Shown: in pieces, positions 51,787 to 64,000 of the stretch | Numbering within the stretch: the first letter of the stretch is position 1 | How the letters are laid out: the number at the start of each line of letters is the position of its first letter | NCBI RefSeq assembly: GCF_018350175.1 | Contig: NC_058368.1 | Coordinates: forward strand, 196,294,001-196,358,000 | Source of the DNA: Felis catus | Taxonomy: Eukaryota | DNA: 64,000 bases | Reading direction: 5' to 3' | Position numbers and translations under genes: made by a program | The notes under the pieces: generated by a model | Database searches by the model: none | Told to the model about the DNA's origin: nothing | The model's input: only the letters and a program-made list of their open reading frames with translations

Positions 51787-53390
51787 AGGACCGGGCCGGA
51801 GGCCCTGTACCGCAGAGATGTTCTCTTCGTTCACGGAATGTGGCTGCTGGTTCTCCCACTTGGATTTGGCTGGAGTTCCCCCAATCGCGTCACCCCATCC
51901 CACCACCATCACCATCACCACCACCGCCACACCTGCATCAAGAAAACCTGTCTGTCCACAAAAGTTATCACGACTTCAGAGCAAATAGCCACATCTCCCT
52001 GCCACCACCTGTCACTCTCCTGCCAGGGCGAGGCTTCCTCGGGCCTGGGTGCCCTGGGTGCCCTGGGTGCTGGCTCCGAGGACCCCACCCCCCCCCCCCC
52101 ACTCCTGGCTGTCGCTAGCCTGCTCTTGCCTTGGCTATAGGCCAGAATGCCCAGCTGTGTGTCCCCCAGGGGCTGAGGAAAAAGAGGGGCAGAATCAGGA
52201 GGAATGTGGATCTGCCCCCACCTTCCGCTGTCTCTCTCCTTCCAGGGTCCCCCTCAACCCCTGAGCCAGCCTCCCCTGTGGGAGAGGGTGAGAGAGGAGC
52301 AGACACCAGGAGTCCCCACCTGACACTGCCTCCCTAGCTCTTCTCCCATCCTGTCCCCTCCTCCTGTCCCTGCGGACCCTTCCCCTCAGCGTGTGGAGCA
52401 CAACCGTCTCAGGGTGCCCTCACTCTTCTCCTCCGGCTGATGTTCACCTCCAACAGTAACTCCCATTCCACCCCTTCCATCAGCCCTGGAGAATTCCAGC
52501 TCCGTCACATCTGAGGGAGAGAATCTGATTGCTTTTTGGGGGCAAAGAAGGCAACATTTAGGTATCACTTCTACTTGGACCGCATGCCTTTTTATAGCCA
52601 AACTTCTGTGTGTTTCCTAAATGGACTTTGCGTTCCTGGATATCTATGTGATAACTAAACCTCTCAAATTATTGTGGGGAAGGTCAGGTTGGGTTGGGAA
52701 GGGGCGTGGGAAGAGGGATGAGGGGTAGTTTTTTTTTCTGTTCTAGGTCTCTTTCTTTCTTCTTCTTCTTTTTTAATGTCATCTCTGAGATGGGCTTTGT
52801 CACCCGTGGTTATCTGGGGTCGAGGTGGACTCAGTCCCCGGGGATGGAGGGGTGCGGGAGGTAGGGGGAAGAGGGCCTCGTTGACATTTTGGTCCTAAGG
52901 TTCCTTTTCAGGACTGTAGAAACACCAGATGTTAGAGCTAAGAAATAACAAATCAGGGCAGAGAGAGCCGGTGGGGGGTGGGGGGGTGGGGCGGGGGGGG
53001 GGGAGGTTGTCAAGACGGAAATTATCTTTTTTTTTTTTTTCTTTTTTTTTCTTGCCTCCCAAACTGAGGTTCCTACTACGACGCTTCCCAGCTTCCCCGG
53101 ATTTCATTCCACCGCATCTATGTGCCCTCTCAGCCCCTCCCCCAGTCTTTGGGGGTTCACGAGCATGTGTCTCCATTGCCTCTCCCCTCTGTATCTGCTG
53201 GTCCAAGCAGAGCACTGGAATTTCTCCTCTTCACGCCTCGTCCTGCAGCCGTGGGTTCGAATCTCTTTTTTTTCCTTTCTCTTCCCCTCTTCCCCTGGGA
53301 TTGACTCTGATGTGGAATGCCTTGGCACATCCACTAGGATCTACTGTCTGCACTGTTTTCTTTGCATGACTTTATATGCAGTAAGTACGT

Positions 53391-53421
<31 letters not shown>

Positions 53422-54299
53422 GAAAAAACACTCAGCAAAACCAATCTACATGTTTTGGACAAAAAAAAAAAAAAATAGAGGTTGTATTCTCAGTGTCCGA
53501 CTCGGAATTATGTTGCCGCCTCTCTGTGCTTTTGGCCTCTGTGTGGCCGTGTTTTGCCAGCATGAGATACTGTCCCCTCTGGAGGATTTTAGGGGAGGAA
53601 GAGCCACATCCCCAGGGATTTGGAGGAGGCTCTGGTTCCCCCGAACCTCTGGGGAGTCCTGGGTGTTGGCTGGAGGACTGGGGGGATGTTTGATCCAGGA
53701 CTTTCTGAGTTTTCCCTGATCATGAGTTGTCTGCTGGGCCCTTTTCACAACTGCTGCTGCCCTGGGGACAGGTGAGGCAGGCTATTCTGGGGCTGCAGGC
53801 CAGGATAGAGGCTGCCTGGGCCTCCTGGTCTCCAGACTGGTTGATCACCGGCCTCTATCCTTGGCAGACACCCTGTTGCTGAGGCCCAGGGGCAGGCACC
53901 TGGTCTGCCCCAGGTCCAGAGGGCTTCCCAGTAAGGCCCAGTGATCCCAGCGTCCCAGCAACAAAACCGCCTGCCTCCCTTGTGAGCTGCCAGCTCCCAC
54001 AGCCACCCCTAAGCCAAAGGTGAGGGTGCAGCCTTCACAGGGGATGCTGCAAGTACCAAGACAAAGTCTGGTCCCTTTTCCAGCCTCAGTTTCCCCATCA
54101 GTTAAAGGGTGAAATATTCCTGCCCAGCCTATGTCGCAGAGCTGTTGGGGGATCAAACAGGACGGCGAAGTGAAGCCCGACGTACCTGCAAGAACGGACA
54201 GGATCCACTGGCTGGACCCCTGCTTCATTCTGGGCCTTGACCAGCCCCCACTTCTCCCCCACCTGCCCCTCATTCCCCTCTTCGGTGCCTGTCAACTGC

Positions 54300-54450
54300 T
54301 TATTAGCAGTGGACTGTGGGGAAAGAGCCATGCTTTGGGGGTTAGTAGGATTCCATCCCCAGTTCTGACCAGACTTGCTGTGTGACCTTGGGCAAGTCCG
54401 TTTCCTGCTCTGGCCCTGGGTTTTCCCACCAGGGGTAACTGAGCTGGAGG
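54300..54450 (+). mobile_element. MIR fragment inside the CAMK2A 3'UTR
   Basis: cttgctgtgtgaccttgggcaagtc; a second MIR core piece at ~54080-54120. Confidence 0.65.
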
Positions 54451-55064
54451 ACCCCAGTGTCCCGATCTTTATTTGCTGACCTGCCTCCCGTCTACCGTGT
54501 CCAGTTCCAAGTGCCAGAGAAATGGAGGCAAGGTCCCTACCCCGGGAGGAAACGGCCCCACGAGGAAGGCCGCTCCTGTGGGCGGGTAGTCAGCCAGTGT
54601 GGACCACAGGCCATCAGCGTGATCCTGAGGCAGCACGCAGGGGAGGCTGGCAGACAAAGCGGCCCAGAGCCCACCCCCACCAGACAGTGAAACTCTGCTC
54701 CTCTAAAACATCCTGTAGACGCAAAAAAATCCAGACCTAAGACCAGACCTAGGCTCCAGCATGCAAACACCTTTATAGGAAAGTATTCTCCCAGGATTAC
54801 GCACACTGTGGCACTAATCCTGACCCACGGCCTCCTGTCTCCCAAAGGGAGACCCTTTGGGGGATGTGTTTGCCAGACTCCCCATGCTGGTTTCTTTGTT
54901 ACTATTTGTCTGGGGGCGGGGGGGGGGGGCGTTTGTTTCAGTTCTTTTCTTTTCTTTTTTTAAAACTATGTGGCTGTGAATTTGAATGACCACTGCTCAA
55001 AACTTCTGCTAGTGGGTGGGAGGGGGGGGAAACGGGGTGTCTGTTTTATTGGTGTTTTCAGTGC

Positions 55065-55070
55065 AATAAA
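55065..55070 (+). terminator. CAMK2A: CAMK2A polyadenylation signal AATAAA
   Basis: gtgcAATAAAtagctacaaacttctgtgca followed by a GT/T-rich tract; second AATAAA at 55172-55177. Confidence 0.85.
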
Positions 55071-56202
55071 TAGCTACAAACTTCTGTGCACTTGAGGTCT
55101 CCCTGTCTCAGTCAAGCACTGGCACTGGGTGGGTTTTGTTTGTTTCCAGTACAAGATCTCTCCATTTGCAAAATAAAAGCCAAGGTCTCCCTTCTGATTG
55201 GGCCAACTTGGTCTCATGCTCAAGCCTGAGCCAATTGCAGTGGGATTGTGTCTGGACCCTGTGCCCAGGCTTAGAGCCAGGGGTGGGGCTGGCTTTCTCT
55301 CAGACACATGGGGTGCCCTTAACAAGAGTGGGTGAGGGGAGGGGGGGCGGTGGATGCGGGTTGCCACAAACAGCAGCAAAGCCTCCCTCAGGGGTCTTGG
55401 GCGAGGCTCTTCTCCTCTAGGCCTCCTAGGCCTCGTTTCCTTGTAAAATGAGGAAATTGTTCCTTAAGTCCCTCCCCACCTATTCTCTCCCCTCAGCCGA
55501 ACCTCACAGACAAGCCCCCAGGCCTCCGAAGTCCTGGAGACGGGTTTGGAGAAAGGGGTAGGGGAGAAATACCTTCCAAACCCACAATCTGTGGACAGAA
55601 TGCCTGGGGCAGGGGCCTTGGGGCTGGAGAGAGAGATGGCTTGAGAGGCTCCATTGGCCGAAGGGAGGCCCCTGCCATATTAGAGGCCAGTTTGGTTCTG
55701 AGCCCAGGATGTCAGGCGGAGCCAACATGGTGATACAGAGGCTTTGGCTCTCCTCAAGGCCACGACAAGGTAAGCACCGGTCCTGGTTTCCTGATGTAGG
55801 ATTTTCTGTAGTAAACCTGGGACGGCCTTAGGCAAGGCAGGTGAGCTGGTCACTCTCAGCCATGCTGCCACCTAAGAGGCCTGCATTCCACAGGATCAGG
55901 GAAATGTGCCTTCTGGAGCCCACAGTCCCCTCTAGCCCATGCTTGGGACATCTGGGACTCCAGAATTCCTGTACCAGCCACTTCTGGGATCTAGCCTCGC
56001 CGCCAGTATGCAGGGTGGCCACGAGGAGTGCTGAGAAGGGCAAGGGGGTGGGTTGCAGAGGAATGTGGGGCCTTCTATTTGCCCTCTTGCCCTGGAGTCT
56101 GCTGACCTTTGGTGCCTGGGCTTCTCCCCGCTCCGGCCTTCAAGCAGCCTTCGGATCTCCCCACCTGGGCAAGAGGAAGGGCCCGAGGGTCTGTGCTGCC
56201 AT

Positions 56203-56230
56203 TGCAGACAATCGCCAGCAGGTGGCAGCA
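56203..56230 (+). promoter_or_regulatory. Candidate CTCF site
   Basis: CCAGCAGGTGGCAG (56215-56228) fits core CCASYAGRKGGCRS, with TGCAG 7 nt upstream. Confidence 0.6.
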
Positions 56231-56302
56231 CAGGAGCAGGCTCCAGCAGTCCTGGGCTCTGTGCCTCCAGTCCCCAGTAGACCTCAAGAGGTATGCTTTA
56301 AA

Positions 56303-56513
56303 AAATTTTTTTAAATGTTTTTATTTATTTTTGAGACAGAGAGAGACAGAGCATGAGCAAGGGAGGGGCATAGAGAGAGGGAGACACAGAATTCAAGGCT
56401 CCAGGCTCTGAGCGGTCAGCACAGAGCCCAACGCGGGGCTTGAACTCAGGGACTGCGAGATCATGACCTGAGCTGAGTCGGAGGCTCAACCCACTGAGCC
56501 ACCCAGGCGCCCC
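56303..56513 (-). mobile_element. CanSINE (SINEC_Fc type)
   Basis: TSD gaggtat(g/c)ctttaa; gagccacccaggcgcccc. Confidence 0.94.
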
Positions 56514-59500
56514 TTGAGGTATCCTTTAACTCAGAACGCACCAGCTCCACCCAAAACACTACTATTGTCTGACAGCAGTGTGACCCTTTATAGCTCACAA
56601 AGTGCTTTCATAATACCTCTTGTGTCAGTTAGAAGAGCCTTATCCTGAAGACAATGAGGCTCAGAGGGTAAAAGGCTTCTTGCCAGACAGAACCCGGAAT
56701 CCCTTCAGGGCCTCTGGTGACCCAGTCTGTGTTTCCCCGTCTCTGAACAGCCAGCCAACTGTGGCTGGGATTCTTAGGAATCTTTGACCATCTGTCCCTC
56801 CATAGTCTACCCCGCAGTCCCTACCTCCCCACTGCCCATTTGCTGTGAAACCCGCTGGCTCCTCTCCTCTTGCTCAGTGCACAGCGATGCTCCCTCACCC
56901 TTCAGGACACAGTTCTGGTGTCTTCTCCTTGGGGAAGCCTCCCTCACACTCTCCCAGCACTTGCTGGGTTAGGGCCCTCTGTGGGCTTACCCAGCCCCCA
57001 TAGCCATCTCCTCATAGCGCCCTGGGCTGAAGTCACCTAAGGAAGAGTCTGCGAAGCTGAGGGCTCCTTGAAGGCAGGACAGCATCTTGTCGCTGCTCCC
57101 CACACGCACAGAGTATCATCACGCTTGCTCAGAGCAAACTCTTGGCAAATGTGTGCCTCAGCAGTGACGGAGGGATGGCTGGTGCAGGGGCTGGAACTTC
57201 CCACCCACTCCCCCACTTCTGCAGAAACAATGGCGAAGTCTTCCTTCACACGAGGTACCAGGCACCCCTTACTCCCGGGCTCTCAGGATCCTGGGTTCGC
57301 CCCTCCGCTGGGCACTACATTTCTCTTCTTTTCATTCCACGTACGCAGAGACTGTAGTGGAGAGGGGAAGGAACCTGACCAGGACGGCCCAGGGTGTGAG
57401 GGAGGGAGGGGGTTTCAGGAATTTTAGCCCCTCCAAACACCTGCTGGGGCCTGCTGCAGCCAGCTGGGCTCTGAGTAGGGCCCAGTGATGAGCTGGGCAT
57501 GTCTCCCGTCCCCAGAGAGGCCATCCCAAGAGTGAGGGACATGCAGAGAAGCAGAACGCAGGACGGGCTGGGGTGGGGGCTGGGTCTGGAGGTGCGAAGT
57601 ATACAGAACCAGAAGAAGGAGCGGGAGAAGCGTGGCAGCGACTGGGATTGCCCGAGAGGCTTTGTGCACGTGCCCCACAGGGTGAAATGGTGGGGAGGGT
57701 GGAGGCCAGAGCGAAGGCCGAGAGCCCGGCACAGTGGATCAGGGAGGGGTGGGGAGAGAAGAGGCTAGGGAGGAGGCTGTTGGGGCCAGAGTGTCAGAGG
57801 GCCACGTGGGTCCCAAATATCCCTTGATGTGGACGTGTTCTTCTAGGGCACAGGTAGGTCCCCAGCAATGGAAATGGCCTTCCCCGGACTGGACCACAGT
57901 AAATCTTTTAGGAAACATCCCCCAGCAGGTGCTGGGAGTGTTTGCTCAGGGCGGGGCCGAGCAGGTCCAGTCCTGTGGGAATGGCCCCTCCTCCTTGTCC
58001 TTCCTCCCGGGACATGCCCCACCCTCCCTTCTCTACCTGGGCCTACCAAGGTCTCAGAAGCCACTTCCCTCTGGGCATCCTGGCCTTACCATTCTTTCCT
58101 GGGCTTTGGGCCAAAGCTGCACGATGGATGGAGCCATCTAGAAGTAGACTCCCCCTTCGCCCAAGAAAAAGGGGAGAATTATCATCATCCTCTCCCAGTG
58201 TGTCCTTGAGTGAGTTACTCTCCTTCTGTGGACCTCAGGTGTCTCGTTGTTACAACGAGGGGGGTGAGCCTACGGTCCCCAATATGGGAACCGAGTTGGC
58301 TATGCAGAGTCACCCAGGGAGTATGCTAAAAATACAGATGTTTGGACCCTCCCCACAGAGGACTGGATGCATTAAGCCTGAGCTGGCCTCCAGGCAGCTG
58401 TAATTTCGATAAGCACTCCGTCTGGGGATTCTGCCCCAACCACCCCGTTCTCTGGTTCCCACAGCCATGCTGGGAGCTGGAGGGCCAGTTATCAGTAAAC
58501 CCCACCCCAGCCTGCCCGCTTCCCCATCCACTCCCCTGACTCAGCTAGATCAATATTGACCATTGGCCCCTCCCCTGCCCCTGCCCCTGCCTCCTGCCAC
58601 CCCAATCCTTGAAACTCTGTGAGACCCTGACCCTGGGTCAGCCGAGTCAAGGTCAAAGCAAGCCTCGGAGCCTGGAGGATTTCAGTGCTGCCCTACTCCC
58701 ACCCGGAATCTGCACCTCCTGCTGGCTTGGCAGGACCTCCCAGCCCGTTGGTGACGCCATCCGGGTTCTTAACCATTAACTCCATCCAGCAAGAGGGTCC
58801 AGTCCTGGAATCCAGCGCCGAAGAATGAGCACCGCTTCCCTCTGTGGCTTTCCGACCCATTCATTTTACAGGTGGGGACACTGAGGCCCGGCCTCCCAGG
58901 CCCCTTGCCATGGAACTGGAGGATGCCAGCTCGCCCTGAGGCTTCCACCATTGCCTGGACCCTGGCTCCAAGCACACCAATCCCCACCCTCCTTCTCCCT
59001 CTGTTGGTTGGAGGCAGGAGCTGGGCCTCAGTTTCTTTATCTGAACTAGGGACAGCAGGCTCATGAGAACCATCCCACCTGCAGGCCTTCTGCCTGCCAC
59101 GGTTTGCACTAAGCACTGATCGCTTTTTAAAAACTATGCACTGAGCACCTATATTATCCCATGTAATTCCCTGCGGAGGGAAAGCCAGTGTTCCCATCTC
59201 CCATCTGAGGGTCAGGACACTGGGGGTCAGGGCAATGAAGCAGCAGACCCAGTTGAGTCGTCCAGCCAGTGGACAGCTGAGTCAAGACTGGGCTCCGACT
59301 GGCAGAGTCCGAGCCTGCCTTGGCTCCTGCTGACTACAGTTCCGGAAGGGATGCTGCTCACAGATGCGGTGGCTGTCAGTGGGAAGCGGCTTTCTTTCCC
59401 TCCAGTAGAAAGCGATCCGGGATGGGGTGCCGGGAGGAGGCCTCGGCGTGGCCAAGGGGGGCGGGCTGCCGTTCTGTCCTGGGGGAAAAGGTCAGGCAGC

Positions 59501-62389
59501 AGGAAGTCAGGCGGAGACAGAGGGGTGAGGGGGGGCGAGGGAGGGGGTGCTGGCCAAGGATCCGAGGGCAGGCAGGCGGCCCTAGACGCCCTTCCAGGGC
59601 AGGACCAGCGTCAGCGAGGCCTCAGGCCCCAGAGGGAGTGGCCTGGAGCTCAAGGAGCCAAATTTTCCATGAGCCACCAGCAAAAAATGAGTCTGGAGAA
59701 GAGTGTCCACCGCAGAACCAGAACTGTAGGCTCAGCAAGCCAGGGTCACGTGAAATTCAGAGGGGCTGGGACTGTCTTAACTCTTCGCTGGCTGTCCCTA
59801 GAGCTACCAACAAACTGCTTTCAGTTGCTGCTGCGATGTGCAGAGTGGTGACCTGATGCTATGGGTCCCTGACGGCCATACAGCCAGGGAGGGGCAGAGC
59901 TGGGATTGCACCAGGTGACAAGCCCCCCACCACGATGCCCTGCCCCAGCCCCAGGTGCCCTGGGCCCCAGGGAGAGTGCTGCACGTGTCTTAACCGCACA
60001 GAAATGAAGTGGGGTGTCTCCGGAGGCCGTGAGCACCCCACACAGGCCAGGCCGGCTGTCGCGGCTCGCGCCAGGTGTAGGGCTGAGCCAGGCTCCCTGA
60101 GGATGCGAGGAGCCCACGCCTGGTGGAGAATGGAGGGTATGTGGAGGACAGACCTAAGAGAATGGATAGGGGTCCCCTGGATGAATGGGGAGGACTCTGG
60201 ATGAGGAAGCTTGGGCCGGCTCAGGGCACCATGCGAGGTGAACTTGGCTGGGGTGGTAGAAGGGAGCACAGGGGGCAGGGCCTCCTGAGAACCAAACACA
60301 AGGTACCCGGTGTGCCCCCGTGTCGGCTGTTGACCCTCACTTGACTTTGGGAATATGGCTGACCCTAACGGGGCCCCCTCCCTCTTCCCTCTCCCCCTTG
60401 GGCCTCCCAGATATTTGCTCTTGCAGATCACAGGCTGGAACTGGAAGCGACTGCAGGTGGTCAGCGCCCCATCTTAGCGCTTCCCAGTGCCCGCCAAGAG
60501 AACACCGTCTCTGATGAGTTCTAGAACATTCCTAGAACAGCAATGAGGGGCCCCAGGGCACCCTCAGCACGCCTGAGCCAGGCACATATGCTGCCTCCCG
60601 GGGCCCCCCACTGGCCTCCCCGGGTCAGGGGTCCATGCACACAGAGGTCAGCTGAGAAGGGGAGCAGAACACTGAGTAGAGGGGGGGCCCTGCTTCCGGC
60701 CTCCGCTCCGCCACGTTCTCACCACAGGACACAGCCCTACTACCCCCTGCCTCTGCAGAGCAGTGGGCCTGCCAGCCACCCTAACGGAGCCACGTTGTGT
60801 CACTCGCTTCCCATCAGTTGCTCATGTTCAAAAATGGGAAACTTCTCACAAAAATCCTCACTCCCAGCTTGTCTTGGAAAGCCAGGGTATCCGGCAACCT
60901 GGGCCCCTACTCCTGAGGGTCAGCCTCCCCCGAAGACAGGCACGCTTTGTTCTCTAGCGCCCCACGGTCCCCACCACTGACCAGCCTCTGCAAAGCACGA
61001 TGCCGCACCCTGCTTCCCTGCTTGCCGGGCTCTGCAGGCACTGGATTGTCACCTGCTAGGGCGTTCTGGGATTCCAGGCTGGGGTTCTACTCCAGATGGG
61101 GCTGATGTCTTCCTTGAGCTGCCCACTACGTCGCCACCGACCCCTCCAGCCATGTGTTCCTGGTCCCCAATCAGTTCCCACTGCAGCCGGGCCCGGCTGG
61201 GGTCTGTTCTGAGCCAGGGAGATCTGAAGTCAACGAAGGAATGGGGCTGGGGGCACTTGGGGGTTGGGTCTGGGGGCGTTTGGGGGTTGGCACTGGCGGC
61301 AGAGGTGGGAGAAGGGTGATGTGGCAGGACAGCCTGTCTGGGAGCAGCGGAAATGGGAAAAGCGGGACAGACTGGAAGATGGGACCAGGGAGGGCAGACC
61401 AGGAACCGCAGGCCCAGGAAAAAGGGGAAGTGAGTCCTGGAGGGACTGGAAGTGAAACTGGTGGGCTGCACAAACTCCTGGAATTCTCCAAATCCAGACT
61501 GGGAATCTGGGAGAAGAGAAACCTAGACCCCTAGGATCGCCTATTCTGGACTCCCAGGACCCCAGGCTGCACCCAAGAGGCTGGGCAAGGAGTACTCACA
61601 GGACCTTGGCCCAGGGCCTGGGGTCTGTCCTAGAGAGAGCTGGGGGGCCTGGAGAGTGCCCTCTCCTGGGTTGGGGCCACTGTGCTGGCACCAGGGGCCT
61701 CTGTTAGCAAGACTGGAGCCTGCCCCCAAGAGTGTGGGAAGAGGCACCTTGAACTGTGAAGGCCATTCTTGTGCCCTCAGCAAATTAGCAAACCCATCAC
61801 TCTTCCTCCACCTACCGCCCCAAAGAGGGGCAGGAGGGGGCCTGGCTCTTTGTTAGGGGAAATTTATTAATATCCAAAATAGGCAGCGGCCTTTTCTCCC
61901 ACCCCCAGTCAAAGCCTTTGCAAACACCTGGGCTTCGCATTTGAAAGGCCCTGGGACTCTTTTATGTGGCAACGTCCTGCCAGGAGGGGGTGGGTCGCAC
62001 CAGCCTGGGAAACTCTGGGCCCCTCCCAACCCTGGTCTTCTAGCCCCAGCTGCACCTGCGGGTAAGGCTGGGAAGCAGCTGGAGGGGGAAAGGGGACGGC
62101 CTCCTGCCTCGGCTGGGTAGTCTTGAGCAAGTCTTCCCTTTCGGTGGGCCTCAGTTTGCCCAGATGTACAAGGGGGGCAAAGCTGTCTTCAAGGGCTTCC
62201 TCCTCTTCATCACCCTTCCTCAGCCCACCCACCCACCACGGCCATACCACAATGGCAGAGCAAGTGTCAGAAGCCGAGGGACCCGGGGAAGCAAACAGCT
62301 GAGCCTCGGTTCCCTCGGCCGTCCAACGGGAGCCGGAGAGCCCTGGGCTGCCCACCTCATGGTTCTCAGAGGTAAGGAGAAGGGGTGAG

Positions 62390-63893
62390 AAGGATGAGCT
62401 TGTTGGTGTTTATTGACAACAAACGGACGGAACATGGATGGGCTGGGGAGACAGCAGGACAAAGGGCACAGAGGCCGGCCTGCTGCACAAGGGTGCTCCG
62501 CCCCGCTGGGGAGCACTGTGTGGGCAGAAGCTCTACTCAGGCATTCGCACACCCCACCCCCATCTCTCGGGGGTGAGTGGGGGCCCCAGGACAGCCTCTC
62601 CTGTGCCAGGGACTGAAGATGCCAAGGCCTCTGGCCACGGGGCTGAGGAGTCGGCTGCCCTGGGCTCGCTGGCTCCACCCCTCATGCCTGGGCCCGGGGA
62701 CCCGCGTCCCGGAGCAGGGGTGGGCAGCATCAGGACCAGACAGCCACGTGTGCGGACCATCTCCAAGCCTCTTAGTTGCCTTGGTCGTCCACAGCCAAGG
62801 CCAACTTCCCAGCAGTGCCCGGAGCTGGAGGAGACAGTGAGGGCCGCCAGGGCACGGAGAAGGGAATGCAGGGGCTTTGGGTCCTGACTAGGACCCCTCA
62901 CTCCCACCTATCCACTTGTGTCCTCTGTCCTAATCATGCCCAGGGCTCCCTACACCAGAGGGCGGGGGTCCAGTGTGGGAGGCTGCCGGCCCTTTTCTGG
63001 GGGGGAGGGGAGCGTGGGGTCCTCCTCCTTTCCCCGCCCCACCCCCTCACTCAGGCCACCGCCCCTCTTGCCTGCCCTCCACAGGCCTGCTTCCTCTGCC
63101 CTGTCCCCTCGAAGCCACCCTGCACGCGGACCCTGAAAGATATTCTATCGAAAGCACACCCAGATCATGCAAACCCCTGCCCACCCCACGTCCCTCCTCC
63201 CCCTCCCCCTCATTCGTCATTCCCACTTGGACCCTGCTGTAACCTGGGAACACTTTGGTGTCTGCCTGGGGCTCCAGGGGAGGCACAGGGGTTACACGGG
63301 GGCCTCCATCCCCTGCCCTCCTCTTCCTCTCTCCCTCCCAACTTGCCCCATCCTCTAGGGCCTTCAGGCCCCACCTCCTTCAGGAAACCTGGTGGGCACA
63401 TGAGTCCTCAGGGGTCCTTCTCCCACCTGACTTGCTAACCCTTGATGCCTGGGGCCTCGTGGGCCTTGCCATGCCCTGGGCGTCCCTGCCCAGCTCGGAT
63501 TCTGGCTGTTCGAAGTGTATGGGGAGCCTCCCCTAGAAAAGAGAGGAGTCTGGGCCCTGAACGGAGATGAGAAGATGCTCCCACCTGCCACATGAGAAAG
63601 GGAGCTGGTTGGCCAGCAGGCCTGGCGTCCAGTCCCCTCCGCCATGTGACCTTGGGCAAGTCCCTCCTCCCTGGCCTCAGTTCATACATCTGCGAAATGA
63701 GGGCTGAGCTCTGAGTGGGTTTGTGTGCACGCGCGGAGAAGGTAGACGGAGGAGAGGCAGAGGCCACAAGAAAGGACTTGCACGGGGGACCGGCATCACC
63801 CGGGGCAACCTCCCACGGCCTCGGGGCCTCTCAGAGCCCCAGAGGGCACAGCTACCCTTTGCGGCCGGGCAGGCTGTCCGCCTGCCTCCTGTC
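62390..63893 (-). other. SLC6A7: SLC6A7 3'UTR (~1.5 kb); end approximate
   Basis: Between the stop codon and the first minus-strand AATAAA I found (62409-62414). Confidence 0.7.
62409..62414 (-). terminator. SLC6A7: SLC6A7 polyadenylation signal
   Basis: TTTATT on + strand; another candidate at 61863-61868. Confidence 0.7.
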
Positions 63894-64000
63894 TCACATC
63901 ATAGACTCCTCCTCCTCAGCGATCTCGCGGTCCACCTCGATGGCAGTGTTCTCGAAGCTGGTGATGCCCCCGTACTTGCGCATGTGCACCATCAGTGGCT
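63894..64000 (-). CDS. SLC6A7: Sodium-dependent proline transporter PROT, C-terminal end of last exon (partial; runs off the window)
   Basis: Reverse strand reads PLMVHMRKYGGITSFENTAIEVDREIAEEEESMM-TGA; fits the known tail-to-tail CAMK2A/SLC6A7 synteny. Confidence 0.95.
   Translation of the reverse strand, partial: PLMVHMRKYGGITSFENTAIEVDREIAEEEESMM

Larger units (their letters stand above)
51787..55090 (+). other. CAMK2A: CAMK2A 3'UTR (~3.3 kb); cleavage site approximate
   Basis: Follows the stop codon; ends at AATAAA 55065-55070 with a GU-rich element at ~55127-55147. Confidence 0.88.

Noticed and set aside
51898..51930. (CAC)n poly-His ORF
   Set aside because: Simple repeat in the 3'UTR after the true stop

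Overview
Mammalian genomic DNA, most likely a felid: it carries many tRNA-derived carnivore SINEs of the SINEC_Fc type. The + strand holds almost all of CAMK2A (CaMKII alpha). Exon 1 lies upstream of the window, and coding exons 2-19 run from 5698 to the TGA at 51784-51786, all with GT-AG introns. These exons sum to 1375 nt; adding the 62-nt exon-1 CDS known from orthologues gives 478 aa, or 489 aa with the 33-nt NLS cassette exon. A 3.3-kb 3'UTR ends near AATAAA 55065-55070. The window also encodes alphaKAP, the non-catalytic anchoring protein: its ATG (31273) lies inside intron 12, behind an MCAT/E-box/MEF2 motif cluster, and the predicted product is 200 aa. The last 107 nt are the C-terminal CDS of SLC6A7 (PROT) on the - strand, convergent with CAMK2A. 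The rest is intron or intergenic sequence with CanSINEs, MIR, L2, L1, L3, hAT/Tigger fossils and an ERVL LTR. I found no wholly new biological system. The best undescribed-looking candidates are a TSD-flanked mRNA 3'-end retrocopy nested in SINEs (37659-37776), possible fossil linker exons in intron 14, and inverted SINE pairs. Nearly all ORF-track entries are spurious. Repeat family names and repeat boundaries are by-eye estimates.
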